Of a DNA stretch of 64,000 nucleotides, positions 18,235-27,338 are shown piece after piece. The notes beneath the pieces were generated by a model that made no database searches, was not told where the DNA came from, and saw only the letters and a program-made list of their open reading frames with translations. Position 1 is the stretch's first letter, and each line of letters starts with the position of its first letter. The stretch comes from Gemmatimonadales bacterium (GTDB lineage Bacteria; Gemmatimonadota; Gemmatimonadetes; Gemmatimonadales; GWC2-71-9): NCBI GenBank assembly GCA_036500345.1, contig DASYCE010000031.1, positions 98,728 to 162,727 of the forward strand. The letters run 5' to 3'. The position numbers and the translations under genes are program-made.

Positions 18235-18777
18235 ATGCAGTTGAACCGACTCTCGCTGATTGCGTTCCGCGCCGCGACAATGGTAACGCTCGCCAACCCT
18301 GTCACCGCCGCCCAACACGCCACGCCGCCGCTCCAAGGCTTCTGGCATCGCACCTCGCTGCAATGCGCGCCCGGCGCCTCGGCCGCGTGCCACTCGCTGA
18401 AACTTCCACTCGACGCCGATCTCGCCATCGCAATCACCGGCGACACCGTCGTGACGACGCGCCCTGATCGCGATGCCGTCTTCGCGGCGACGGTGGCCGC
18501 CGATACCCTTGTCATCGATTCGCGACGAAGCCATTGGCTCGCCGGACATCGCGGCTACTCCGCTCCCACGATATCCGTTGGTCCTTTGGCCCACACTGAG
18601 CGCGACGATACCACGTACCATGTCTATCGTGGCTCAAATCGATCCGCGCCAGCATTTTCGCAATCGGGCGCGCAATGGACCGTTTCCGCCGATGGCCGGA
18701 CGTTGACCTGCCGGCAGGAATACTTCAATGACGGCGCCAGTGTCGTGGTGGTGCAGAGGTATCACCGGTCGGCGTGA
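18235..18777 (+). CDS. Hypothetical secreted protein
   Basis: ORF 18187..18777. The internal ATG at 18235 gives a clean signal peptide, MQLNRLSLIAFRAATMVTLANPVTAAQ. A start at 18187 is also possible. No recognisable domain. Confidence 0.5.
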   Translation: MQLNRLSLIAFRAATMVTLANPVTAAQHATPPLQGFWHRTSLQCAPGASAACHSLKLPLDADLAIAITGDTVVTTRPDRDAVFAATVAADTLVIDSRRSHWLAGHRGYSAPTISVGPLAHTERDDTTYHVYRGSNRSAPAFSQSGAQWTVSADGRTLTCRQEYFNDGASVVVVQRYHRSA

Positions 18778-18822
18778 CCGGAATCGATCTTTGCCTATGC
18801 TCATCCCCTCGCGCGCGATATA

Positions 18823-21800
18823 TTGCACCCCACTTCCCCACCCAATCCGGCAGGTTCGTTGACCGATCTCCGATCGCGCGTTCAAGAGTCGCTGGCGGGG
18901 AGCTATACCCTCGAGCACGAGCTCGGCGGCGGCGGGATGTCCCGCGTCTTCGTCGCCCAGGAAAACCGCCTCGAACGCCGGGTGGTGGTCAAGGTCCTCT
19001 CCCCCGAACTCGCCGCCGGGATGTCGCTGCCGCGGTTCGAGCGCGAGATCCGCGTCGCCGCCTCGCTGCAGCAGGCCAACATCGTCCAGGTCCTCGCCGC
19101 AGGCGACATCGACGGGCTGCCGTACTACACGATGCCCTACATCGAGGGCGAATCGCTTCGCGCCCGCCTCGGCCGCGGCGCGCTGTCGATCGCCGAGATC
19201 GTCAGCATCCTCCGCGACGTGTCGCGCGCGCTGGTCTACGCCCACGAGCGCGGCGTGGTCCATCGCGACATCAAGCCCGACAATGTCCTGCTCTCCGGGC
19301 ACACTGCGGTCGTCACCGATTTCGGCATTGCCAAGGCAATCAGCGCCGCCCAGACCGGCGGCGATCGCCCCGATGGCGGGGTTGCGCAGGCGACGCTCAC
19401 CCAGCTCGGCACCGCCATCGGCACCCCGGCGTACATGGCGCCGGAACAGGCCGCCGGCGATCCGTCGACCGACCATCGCGCCGATATCTACGCCTTCGGC
19501 TGCATGGCGTACGAGCTGATCGCGAGCCGGCCGCCGTTCCCGAACCTCCCGCCGCACAAGCTCGTCTTCGCGCACATGAGCGAAGCACCGCAGCCGGTCG
19601 GCGAACTCCGCGCCGATTGCCCGCCGGCGCTCGCCGCGCTGGTGATGCAGTGTCTCGCGAAGGATCCTATCCAGCGCCCGGCGAATGCCACCGAGCTGCT
19701 CCATCGCCTCGATGCGGTGGCATCGACATCCGGTACCGGCGGCGCCCTCCCGGCGATCCTGATCGGCGGGCCGAGGACGATCTGGCGCGCGCTGGGGATT
19801 TATGCCCTCGCGTTCGTCGCGGTCGCGATTCTCGCTCGTGCGGCGATCATCGCGATCGGTCTCCCCGACTGGGTCTTCACCGGCGCCCTCATCGTGATGG
19901 CGCTGGGACTCCCCGTGGTCCTCTTCACCGCGTACACCCAGGTCATCGCGCGCCGAGCAGCGACCGCGACGCCGACCTTCACCCCCGGCGGCACACAGGC
20001 CGCAGCACCGCAGGGAACGATGGCGACGCTCGCGATCAAGGCGAGCCCGCACCTCTCGTGGCAGCGCACCGCACGCGGCGGGATGATCGCCGTCGGTGTC
20101 TTCGTGCTGCTCGTCGCCGGCTTCATGACACTCCGCGCCCTCGGCATCGGCCCCGCAGGGTCGCTCCTCGCTGCCGGGAAGTTTGCTGCCAACGACAAGA
20201 TCGTCGTCGCCGCATTCGACTCGCCCGGCGCCGATTCGTCACTCGGATCGACGATCGCCGAAGCGGTTCGGACCACGCTCTCCGAGAGCCGCGCGCTGCA
20301 CGTCATACCGACCACGACGATCGTCTCGACACTCGAACAGATGAAGCGCCCCGACACCGCGCGTGTCGACTTCGCCACGGCGCGCGAGATCGCCCAGCGC
20401 AACGGTGCCAAGGCGGTCGTCGCCGGAACGATCGTCCCGGCTGGAAGCGGCTACGTCATCACGATACGGCTCGTCGCGGCCGAGAGCGGCAATGAGCTCG
20501 CGTCGTTCAGCGAATCGGCCAACAACACCGGCGACCTGATTCCCGCGGTCGATCGGGTGACCAAGTCGCTCCGTCGCAAGATCGGTGAATCGCTCAAGTC
20601 GGTGCGCGAGTCGCCACCGCTCCAGCAGGTGACGACGGCGTCGATTGGCGCCCTCCGCAGCTACGCCGCGGCGATGCGCACCAACGATGTGGTCGGCGAC
20701 TACCCGGCCGCGATCCGTCAATTCCACGACGCCATTCAGCAGGACAGCAACTTCGCGATGGCCTGGGTGCAGCTCGCCTATTCGCTGCAGACCCTTGGCG
20801 GCGCCGCCAACATCGCGGCAACCCACGCCGCTCTCACCACTGCCTTCCGACTGCGCGACCGGCTGCCTGAGCGGGAGCGGTACAACGTCGAGGGTGGCTA
20901 TTACCTCGACGTCCCGAATGATCGCGCCAAGGCGATCGTCGCCCTCCGTCGCGCAGTGGAGCTCGACTCCACCAACGACGACGCGGCGAATACCCTTGCC
21001 GTGACACTCGGTGAAACGCGTGACACCGGTGCCATCGCGGCGTACCGGCTCGCGTTGCGATCTGACTCGGCCGACGGCACGATCCTCTACAACCTCGCGA
21101 CGGAGTTCTCCCAGATCGGGCACCACTCGGGGGTCGATTCGATATTGGCGCTCCTTGCCAGCCGGCATGTGCCGTTTCCAACCGGCCCGATCCGATTCCC
21201 CGAATACTGGCAGCGGCGACAGTACGATTCGGCAGGGCTTGTCGCCCGTGCCGGCGTCGATTCCGCATCTCCGTTCCGCGTGGCGACGTCACTGGGCGGA
21301 CTGAGCCAGCTCGCGTCGGTGGAAGGGCGCCTGCACGACGCCGAGCGACTGTATGCTCAATCGAATGCCGGCAAGGCACGCGCGCGCGGCGATACCGTCA
21401 GTCCATACCAGGTGGCGTACGTCCAGGCGCTCTACGATGGAATTGACCGTCGAGACGTTCCGCGCGGTCTCGCCGACCTCGACTCCACGATGCGCGCAAC
21501 CCCTGTGGGTTCCACTCCGGTCGCCACTGACCAGAGCAATTGGGCGGCGCTGGCGTACGGCCTTCTGGGAAACGCCACCAGAGCGCGCGAGATACTCAAC
21601 CAGCATGAGGCTCGGCTCGATACACTGGCGCGCCGTCAGCAAACGGTGATGTCGGCGCGGGTACGTGGAACGATCGCGATGGCCGAGGGGAAGACCGACA
21701 GCGCCGTCAGCTGGTTCCGTCGCGGTGACGTCGAGGCCGATGGGTTGCCGACCGGCAAGTGCGAGGTCTGCACGCCGTACCTGATCGGCCTCGCGTTCGA

Positions 21801-22068
21801 TCACGGTCACCAGGCCGACTCCGCGCGGAAGTACTGGACCCAGTTCGTCGAGATGAACGGCAATGGCCGCATCAGCGCCGACCCGTATTTTTTGGCCCCG
21901 ACGCTCTACCGTCTCGGCGAGCTCTACCAGCAGGCGGGAGACTCGAAGCACGCCATCGGGTATTACAGTCGGTTTGCTGATCTCTGGGCGAAGGCCGACC
22001 CGGACCTGCAACCGCAGGTCGCCAAGGCGCGTGCACAGGTGGCGGAGTTGCTCAAGGCGAAGGGATAG
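18823..22068 (+). CDS. Serine/threonine protein kinase with transmembrane segments and C-terminal TPR-repeat region
   Basis: 1081 aa. Hanks kinase motifs LGGGGMSRVF, VVKVL, HRDIKPDNVLL, DFGIAKA, GTPAYMAPEQ. TM helices around IWRALGIYALAFVAVAILA. Long TPR-like C-terminus. The start codon is non-ATG (TTG at 18823; an in-frame TTG at 18859 is an alternative). Confidence 0.9.
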   Translation: MHPTSPPNPAGSLTDLRSRVQESLAGSYTLEHELGGGGMSRVFVAQENRLERRVVVKVLSPELAAGMSLPRFEREIRVAASLQQANIVQVLAAGDIDGLPYYTMPYIEGESLRARLGRGALSIAEIVSILRDVSRALVYAHERGVVHRDIKPDNVLLSGHTAVVTDFGIAKAISAAQTGGDRPDGGVAQATLTQLGTAIGTPAYMAPEQAAGDPSTDHRADIYAFGCMAYELIASRPPFPNLPPHKLVFAHMSEAPQPVGELRADCPPALAALVMQCLAKDPIQRPANATELLHRLDAVASTSGTGGALPAILIGGPRTIWRALGIYALAFVAVAILARAAIIAIGLPDWVFTGALIVMALGLPVVLFTAYTQVIARRAATATPTFTPGGTQAAAPQGTMATLAIKASPHLSWQRTARGGMIAVGVFVLLVAGFMTLRALGIGPAGSLLAAGKFAANDKIVVAAFDSPGADSSLGSTIAEAVRTTLSESRALHVIPTTTIVSTLEQMKRPDTARVDFATAREIAQRNGAKAVVAGTIVPAGSGYVITIRLVAAESGNELASFSESANNTGDLIPAVDRVTKSLRRKIGESLKSVRESPPLQQVTTASIGALRSYAAAMRTNDVVGDYPAAIRQFHDAIQQDSNFAMAWVQLAYSLQTLGGAANIAATHAALTTAFRLRDRLPERERYNVEGGYYLDVPNDRAKAIVALRRAVELDSTNDDAANTLAVTLGETRDTGAIAAYRLALRSDSADGTILYNLATEFSQIGHHSGVDSILALLASRHVPFPTGPIRFPEYWQRRQYDSAGLVARAGVDSASPFRVATSLGGLSQLASVEGRLHDAERLYAQSNAGKARARGDTVSPYQVAYVQALYDGIDRRDVPRGLADLDSTMRATPVGSTPVATDQSNWAALAYGLLGNATRAREILNQHEARLDTLARRQQTVMSARVRGTIAMAEGKTDSAVSWFRRGDVEADGLPTGKCEVCTPYLIGLAFDHGHQADSARKYWTQFVEMNGNGRISADPYFLAPTLYRLGELYQQAGDSKHAIGYYSRFADLWAKADPDLQPQVAKARAQVAELLKAKG

Positions 22069-22089
22069 CCGCAGGAATCGCAGCGAGAA

Positions 22090-23223
22090 CTACTGTCGCG
22101 CGAATCTCGCCCGATACAGATCGATGAACCAGTAGCCGCCCTGCGTCTCGCGCAGCTCATAGACGGTGCTGTCGTCGACGAACCCTCGGAGCGGACGGTC
22201 GATCCGCGCAGTCAGCAGCAGATCACCGGTGTGACTATCGAGCAACTGGATGATTCCGTCGTACGAACCGATGTGATAGAGATCGTCAGGACGCGTCGGC
22301 TTCGCATCGGCAGCGGTTTGATCCGCGCGCCAATCCGCTGCCGCCACATCGTACAATCCCCAGAGCACACCATCCTTCGTTTCGCGCACGCCGTGCATCT
22401 GCGGGAATGGCCGCTCGGCGCGGTCGCCTGCGTCGACCACTCGGTTGAATCGCGCGGTGTCGTACGGTGTGAACCAGTCGGGTGATCGGTCGATCGATCG
22501 TTCCAGCGTGCCGTCGACGTTCCAGAGTTCGAAATGCAGCTTGTAGTAGAGCGGTGCTGCCCAGAAGGTGTGCGCTTCATTCCCCGGGCCGAGGGCGTAA
22601 TAGCGGCCGTGGCCGTGCGGATCGCGTGGCGCCGAGGTTCCGATCCACCGGCGATCGCTGCCGTTCGAATCGATCACCACCAGCGGCTGTTCCTCGTAGA
22701 ACGCGTTCGCCACCACCACGCCATCATCGGGGAGAGTGACGCCGCGGTTGAGCAGCCACGGTTTCGCCGTGCGCGCGGTCGTCTCACGCATCGAGCTTCC
22801 ATCGAGCCATCCGAGCCGGTCGCCGGCCCCCAGGAGGAGGACGCGGTCGCCATGCCAGTGATAGGCACCCCGCACCAGCTGGTTTTCGCCGGGTCCCTGA
22901 CCGCGACGGCCAATCGCCCGGGCCGGCGCGCCGACCGAATCGAAGAGCGCCGCGACGCCGTCGACGACGGTCGGTGCCACGATGTATCGCCCATCATCGA
23001 GTCGCGTGAGAAAGGCTCGGCGATCGAGGAGGATCGAATCCGACGGCGAGCCGAGCGTGCCAATTCGCGTGAGTGCAAGGGTGCAGTCGACGCAGGTCAC
23101 TCCGCGCTCGATCACGGTGGCGCCGATCGCCGATTCGTACCCCGCGCTCGGCGCGGCCGCGTTGCGGCAGCCGGTAGCGAGGAGCGCGAGTGCGGCGGTG
23201 CGAGCCGCCGAAGCGTGCGTCAC
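22090..23223 (-). CDS. 6-bladed beta-propeller family lipoprotein
   Basis: ORF-track entry 22090..23310 trimmed to GTG at 23223 (VTHASAARTAALALLATGC, lipobox). This GTG shares 1 nt with the TAG stop of the upstream Cys-peptide gene. Motif IGRRGQGPGENQLV is paralogous to 15740..16888 and 47986..49200. Confidence 0.7.
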   Translation of the reverse strand: MTHASAARTAALALLATGCRNAAAPSAGYESAIGATVIERGVTCVDCTLALTRIGTLGSPSDSILLDRRAFLTRLDDGRYIVAPTVVDGVAALFDSVGAPARAIGRRGQGPGENQLVRGAYHWHGDRVLLLGAGDRLGWLDGSSMRETTARTAKPWLLNRGVTLPDDGVVVANAFYEEQPLVVIDSNGSDRRWIGTSAPRDPHGHGRYYALGPGNEAHTFWAAPLYYKLHFELWNVDGTLERSIDRSPDWFTPYDTARFNRVVDAGDRAERPFPQMHGVRETKDGVLWGLYDVAAADWRADQTAADAKPTRPDDLYHIGSYDGIIQLLDSHTGDLLLTARIDRPLRGFVDDSTVYELRETQGGYWFIDLYRARFARQ

Positions 23224-23468
23224 TAGTTGGGGCAAGCCTGGTGGATTTCGCACCCCGCCTGCGCCGGAGATCCGTGGCAGCCGAGGTTGTCGCCGATGCA
23301 GGTGCGGCACTCGGAGCCGGTGGGAGTGCTGCTGAAGTAATGGACGATATCCTCTTCGTCGATGCAGTGCCCGTAGGTCCCAGTCTCTTCGGCCTTGACT
23401 CGCGCCGACCGGATCATCGCAGCGCCAGCCAGTACAGTGATTGCTGCCAGAATCTGCCTTGTTCGCAT
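23223..23468 (-). CDS. Small secreted six-cysteine peptide (81-aa precursor)
   Basis: ATG at 23468 is preceded on the minus strand by CAGGAGGATATCTCG-ATG (strong SD). MRTRQILAAITVLAGAAMIRSARVKA is signal-like. The mature part contains 6 Cys (GHC...SECRTC...LGC...AGC...QAC). Confidence 0.6.
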   Translation of the reverse strand: MRTRQILAAITVLAGAAMIRSARVKAEETGTYGHCIDEEDIVHYFSSTPTGSECRTCIGDNLGCHGSPAQAGCEIHQACPN

Positions 23469-23732
23469 CGAGATATCCTCCTGTCGTGGTTTGCCATGGA
23501 GCGGGGTCTCAGAGAGGTATCGGGCGCGCCGCCCCAGTACGAGACACCATAAGGGACGTGCAGTATCAGGAGGGGTGGCACAAGGGGGGGGCGCAGTCGC
23601 GCCCTCTGTGCCAGGGGGGCCGGCGGCCCCTCAGGTTGAAAGTCGCGCAACTGTTACCGGGTAAATGCCCGACACCGCGGTCCGGGACGGTATACTCTGC
23701 GGCTCGAAGTGAACGGCCGACCGGGGGGACGG

Positions 23733-23960
23733 ATGCCGGACGACGACTCGCTCGACGGCTTGGAACCGGGGTTCGATCCTGCCGACCACTGGTGGGCGTG
23801 GCGACGTATCACACTGTGGTCAGATGAACGACTCGAAGCGAAGATCGTGTCATTGCGCGCGGCGTCCCTGCAGACCACGGATCAGACTTCGCTGCTCGCC
23901 TTTCTGGAAGATGCGTGGCGCTCCCGCCAGCAGCCGCGGCACCCGCGATACGTGCGCTAG
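23733..23960 (+). CDS. Small conserved-motif protein (WSD...DQ...FLE family, paralog of 29344..29568)
   Basis: ORF 23709..23960. ATG at 23733 is preferred (G-rich SD-like GGGGGGACGG upstream). ITLWSDERLEAKIVSLRAASLQTTDQTSLLAFLEDAWRSRQQPR aligns without gaps to the 29344..29568 product. Confidence 0.5.
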   Translation: MPDDDSLDGLEPGFDPADHWWAWRRITLWSDERLEAKIVSLRAASLQTTDQTSLLAFLEDAWRSRQQPRHPRYVR

Positions 23961-23977
23961 ATCTGCTGTTCGTTATC

Positions 23978-24550
23978 TCAAATAATATCCGTGGCGGCAG
24001 GAGTCCCGAGTCGTGCGGGTTCGTGTCGGTCTCCCGCCGAACCGATCTTTGCGATGCCAGCGCCGGAGAGTGCGCCCCAGAAGGCGAACCGAGGGATTGT
24101 CGCAATTGCAAGTGCAATCCATACGGTCGCTACTGGCGAGATCACGCTCGCTGTGATTCCCGCGAGGCATGCGCCGGCCAGCGCGCCTGCGATCATGCCA
24201 TACGCTGCCCCGCGCAACGTCGTCAGCTGCGACTCGGGGCGGCGGCGCTCAGCAAATGACACGAATGCGCTGAACAAGAGTCCCACGGTGAATCCGACGA
24301 TTGCGGTAGCGATGGTGAACAGGAGGAAGACGACTCCCCACCAGGGACTGTGGTGTGGCCATCTGACGGAAACGATTCCGATCCATCCGGCGGCATGCAG
24401 GACGACTTCCCCTAGCACCCAGGAGATTCCCCAGATTGAGGCGACGCGCCAGCCGGCGATGATCCGTCGTGCAAGCCCGGGTGTACCGAGCCGCGCGGGC
24501 GGTGGCGGCGAATCCGAACGCGCCAATCTCACTGCGCGACCCCGACCCAA
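23978..24550 (-). CDS. Hypothetical integral membrane protein (about 4 TM helices)
   Basis: 190 aa with hydrophobic segments (WGVVFLLFTIATAIVGFTVGLLFSAFV, AAYGMIAGALAGACLAGITASVI, VWIALAIATIPRFAFWGAL). Overlaps the upstream gene end by 22 nt. No family recognised. Confidence 0.45.
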   Translation of the reverse strand: MGRGRAVRLARSDSPPPPARLGTPGLARRIIAGWRVASIWGISWVLGEVVLHAAGWIGIVSVRWPHHSPWWGVVFLLFTIATAIVGFTVGLLFSAFVSFAERRRPESQLTTLRGAAYGMIAGALAGACLAGITASVISPVATVWIALAIATIPRFAFWGALSGAGIAKIGSAGDRHEPARLGTPAATDII

Positions 24551-25464
24551 TCAGTGAGCGGAACTTCCCGTGTTCCGAGAGTCCCCTTCGACCGGCCGAG
24601 CAATTCATTGAGCGACACGCGATTGGCAGCGAAGCCGGATAGGTCGTCGGCCTTTACGCGGAGGGTGAACGCGCGCTCGCCGGTGCGGGCGCAGAAGCTG
24701 CCGGAGCCATTCAGCATTTCATCACTCTTCAGTGTCACGTCGATGCGAAAGCCGAATTGCGGAGTGCCGTGCTGTACGGTGTTGCCGATCGAGCGGAGGA
24801 GTGGCGCGATCCCCTCGCGCACCAGCGTTCCAACCCTCGTTGGAAGTGCATCGGTGCATGCGTAGGTCGGCTCGCCGGTCCGGAGGGCGAGATAGCGGAC
24901 GCCATCGAGCGTGTCGACGCGAATGGTGTCGCCGGGGGTGTATCTCCGGAGGACGCGGCGAAGTTCGTGGCGCGCCAGTGTATCGCCCGCGGCGGCGGCG
25001 GCGCCGAGGAGCCGATCGATGGCGAGGTCTTCAGCGGCGGCCTGGACCTGCGCACTATCAGCGGAAGTGGCAAATACCTGATGCACGAGCCACGCGGAAT
25101 CGCGCGCGGCGAGGTCGAGCCGCATGGTGCCGCCGCCGTCAAGAATGATGCTGATCCGCGCCGGCGCGACGCGCCGAACGGAAGTCACGCGCCACGGATG
25201 CGGGAAGGTCAACCCGATTCCAGGCCATCCGGCGGAGCCGTTGACCAGAAGATCGTTGCCGCGGCGGTCGAGGGCGGCCGTGTAGAGCGGGAAGCCGGTT
25301 GAATCGCGCTCGGCGTGGAAGGTAGCCATCGGCAGGCGGACGGCGACCGCAATGTGCGGTGCGGCGCGGAGAGGCTGCTGGGCGTGGAGGAGGAGGGGCA
25401 GGATCAGGATTGCGGTGAGCATCAATCCAATTGCGGTTGGCGTTATGTCTAATTTGTTCTTCAT
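24529..25464 (-). CDS. Hypothetical secreted protein
   Basis: ORF-track entry 24529..25653 trimmed to ATG at 25464 (MKNKLDITPTAIGLMLTAILILPLLLHAQQ, signal peptide). 311 aa, no recognisable domain. Confidence 0.55.
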   Translation of the reverse strand: MKNKLDITPTAIGLMLTAILILPLLLHAQQPLRAAPHIAVAVRLPMATFHAERDSTGFPLYTAALDRRGNDLLVNGSAGWPGIGLTFPHPWRVTSVRRVAPARISIILDGGGTMRLDLAARDSAWLVHQVFATSADSAQVQAAAEDLAIDRLLGAAAAAGDTLARHELRRVLRRYTPGDTIRVDTLDGVRYLALRTGEPTYACTDALPTRVGTLVREGIAPLLRSIGNTVQHGTPQFGFRIDVTLKSDEMLNGSGSFCARTGERAFTLRVKADDLSGFAANRVSLNELLGRSKGTLGTREVPLTDWVGVAQ

Positions 25465-25662
25465 CGATGGGCCCACTTTCGCGGAAGCCGAACGCAACAG
25501 CATCAAGCCAATTACCCGTATTGTCTTGCGAGGTGGCCGTGGCGGACTCGAGTCGGATCTTGCAGAAATCAGTCGCGGTCGTCCGAGCCACGCGGCCGCC
25601 GCTCGCAGCCCCGTCCGCCCGCGACACTGACGACTCGCGATCCTAGGACACAAAGCGGGGCA

Positions 25663-26364
25663 TCATCCGATTGACCACCACCAGCTCGACTGGTAAATCG
25701 TCATGGCGCGTTCCTGCCAAGTGGCTTTCTGCCACATCGCTTGGCGTGGCGAGCCACCGTTTTTTGCGGACTCCTCTAGGCGATTGTAAACATCCTCAGT
25801 AATAATTGACGCATAACTCCCATCGCGCAGGCCGCACAGCTTGGCTGCATAATTCGCCGCCCGACCAACCCACACTAAGTCGTTAGTGCCGCGAATGCCG
25901 GTGCGGGCCACGAACAACTTGCTTGTGTCAATGCCGACTACGTGCTGGACCTTGTACGTTGTGCTGGTGTAGCGCTTTTGAATCTCCGTATTCAGGATAT
26001 TCTTTACGGCCCAGTTGAGCTTGAGGGCGGTCTTCGCGGCCTGTGAATTCTTTGACTCTCCGATGTACACAGCCATCACACGATCGCCGTCAAACGAAGT
26101 AATATCACCGCCGTTGTCACGGATGATCCGACATGCCAGCCTCAGGTAGCTCTTGTAGACCTCAGCAGCAAACCAATCCTTGTAGCCGTTAACAAGATCC
26201 GTCGAGTCAACAAGATCCGCATAGAGCACGGTCGCGTCCAGCTCGACCCCATCGTTATCTAGTTTCACCGACTCCGTCGTGGGAATCGTGGCACCCTTGC
26301 GACGCTTCCACTCCGACGAAAGAATCGCGATCACTTCTGCCCGCAGCTCAGCCGCATTGGCCAT
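25663..26364 (-). CDS. Stand-alone class III nucleotidyl cyclase (Pycsar PycC-like candidate)
   Basis: 233 aa. Cyclase core motifs: ATVLYADLVDSTDL (metal Asp), GDITSFDGDRVMAVY (second Asp), VARTGIRGTNDLVWVGRAANYAAKLC. No sensor or TM domain. 8 nt downstream of a cNMP-binding effector gene. Lower GC than the flanks. Confidence 0.85.
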   Translation of the reverse strand: MANAAELRAEVIAILSSEWKRRKGATIPTTESVKLDNDGVELDATVLYADLVDSTDLVNGYKDWFAAEVYKSYLRLACRIIRDNGGDITSFDGDRVMAVYIGESKNSQAAKTALKLNWAVKNILNTEIQKRYTSTTYKVQHVVGIDTSKLFVARTGIRGTNDLVWVGRAANYAAKLCGLRDGSYASIITEDVYNRLEESAKNGGSPRQAMWQKATWQERAMTIYQSSWWWSIG

Positions 26365-26372
26365 ACCAACTC

Positions 26373-27338
26373 CTATCGTCTTCCCAGTCTATCGATGTCA
26401 GCGCGAATTCTCGCACAACAAGGCGCCAGTCTCTGTGCAAGCGGCTTGGGGCCGCGACGCACATAGGGCACGCAAGTGACTCCGAGTAAATCGGACGGCA
26501 GCCGAAGGTCCGTCCCCTTGGGCAACAGCACGAACACGCGCTCGCGACCAAGCGCACCCATGAGCAACCCAATTTCGAAGATCACGTTGTCTCGCGGAGA
26601 CGGCTTCTTCTTGCCCCGGGACACTGTAATATCGTCAGCAGTCAGCAGCAGAGCGGCGCAATCCGCATCCTTTGAAAGCTCAACCAGGCTTTCAATGAAC
26701 GTGCGGGACGTCTCGAACACCCCGTCACTCCATAGCCGTACTATCAGATCCGCACCCTGAACAGCATCCCGGATGCCGGTCGCAACCGGCAATCCTTCAG
26801 TCGAAGACCCGATAAACAGAATCGGTTGATCGTTTGGTGTTCGAATAAATCGATTCCGATCCCTGAGGCGGCGGGCAATTTCCACCGCAATCCGTCTCCA
26901 CAGAATGGGATAGTCGTCTGCGATGCGCGAAAACTTGTCCTCCGTGATCCGCATCGCGGTCACCCGTTCTGTCGCTGTGATCGTAGCGCTCCGCCGCGCT
27001 AGCGAGTCAACAAGGGCCAGCTCACCGACATGCGTCCCCGCCTCACGCGTTGCGATGTCACGGCCGTTTACACTGATTGCGACGGCACCGGAGAGCAACA
27101 GAAACAGATCGTTGTCCGATGCATTCTGAATCGAGAGCGACTCGCCGGCGTTGTAGTGGCGGATCGTACCCGCTTTGATCAATAGGCTAGCGAGTGCAGC
27201 ATCGCCGGAAACGAGGGTTTGCTGTTCGACAACTTGGCGCAAGCGCCGTTTACCGGACTTGCCCGTAAACGTGAGGCCAGGATTCGTCGACCGCTGCTTG
27301 GCTGCGCGGCGCGGCCGAAGCTGACGGCTCCTCATCAT
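26373..27338 (-). CDS. Cyclic-nucleotide-binding domain fused to a TIR-like (PF10137-type) domain; predicted cNMP-gated NADase-type effector
   Basis: 321 aa. CNB fold with phosphate-binding cassette GTHVGELALVDSLARRSATITA. C-terminal ILFIGSSTEGLPVA...AALLLTADD...PRDNVIFEIGLLMGALGRERVFVLLP matches the bacterial TIR-like pattern, including the conserved Glu. Confidence 0.85.
   Translation of the reverse strand: MMRSRQLRPRRAAKQRSTNPGLTFTGKSGKRRLRQVVEQQTLVSGDAALASLLIKAGTIRHYNAGESLSIQNASDNDLFLLLSGAVAISVNGRDIATREAGTHVGELALVDSLARRSATITATERVTAMRITEDKFSRIADDYPILWRRIAVEIARRLRDRNRFIRTPNDQPILFIGSSTEGLPVATGIRDAVQGADLIVRLWSDGVFETSRTFIESLVELSKDADCAALLLTADDITVSRGKKKPSPRDNVIFEIGLLMGALGRERVFVLLPKGTDLRLPSDLLGVTCVPYVRRGPKPLAQRLAPCCARIRADIDRLGRR

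Noticed and set aside
23589-23630. Two GC-rich hairpins (GGGCGC-AGTC-GCGCCC at 23589..23604 and GGGGCC-GGC-GGCCCC at 23616..23630), considered as terminators
   Set aside because: They lie in a divergent promoter region with no gene ending nearby and have no U-tract. Short GC stems are expected by chance at this composition. They may be 5'-UTR structure but I cannot support that.
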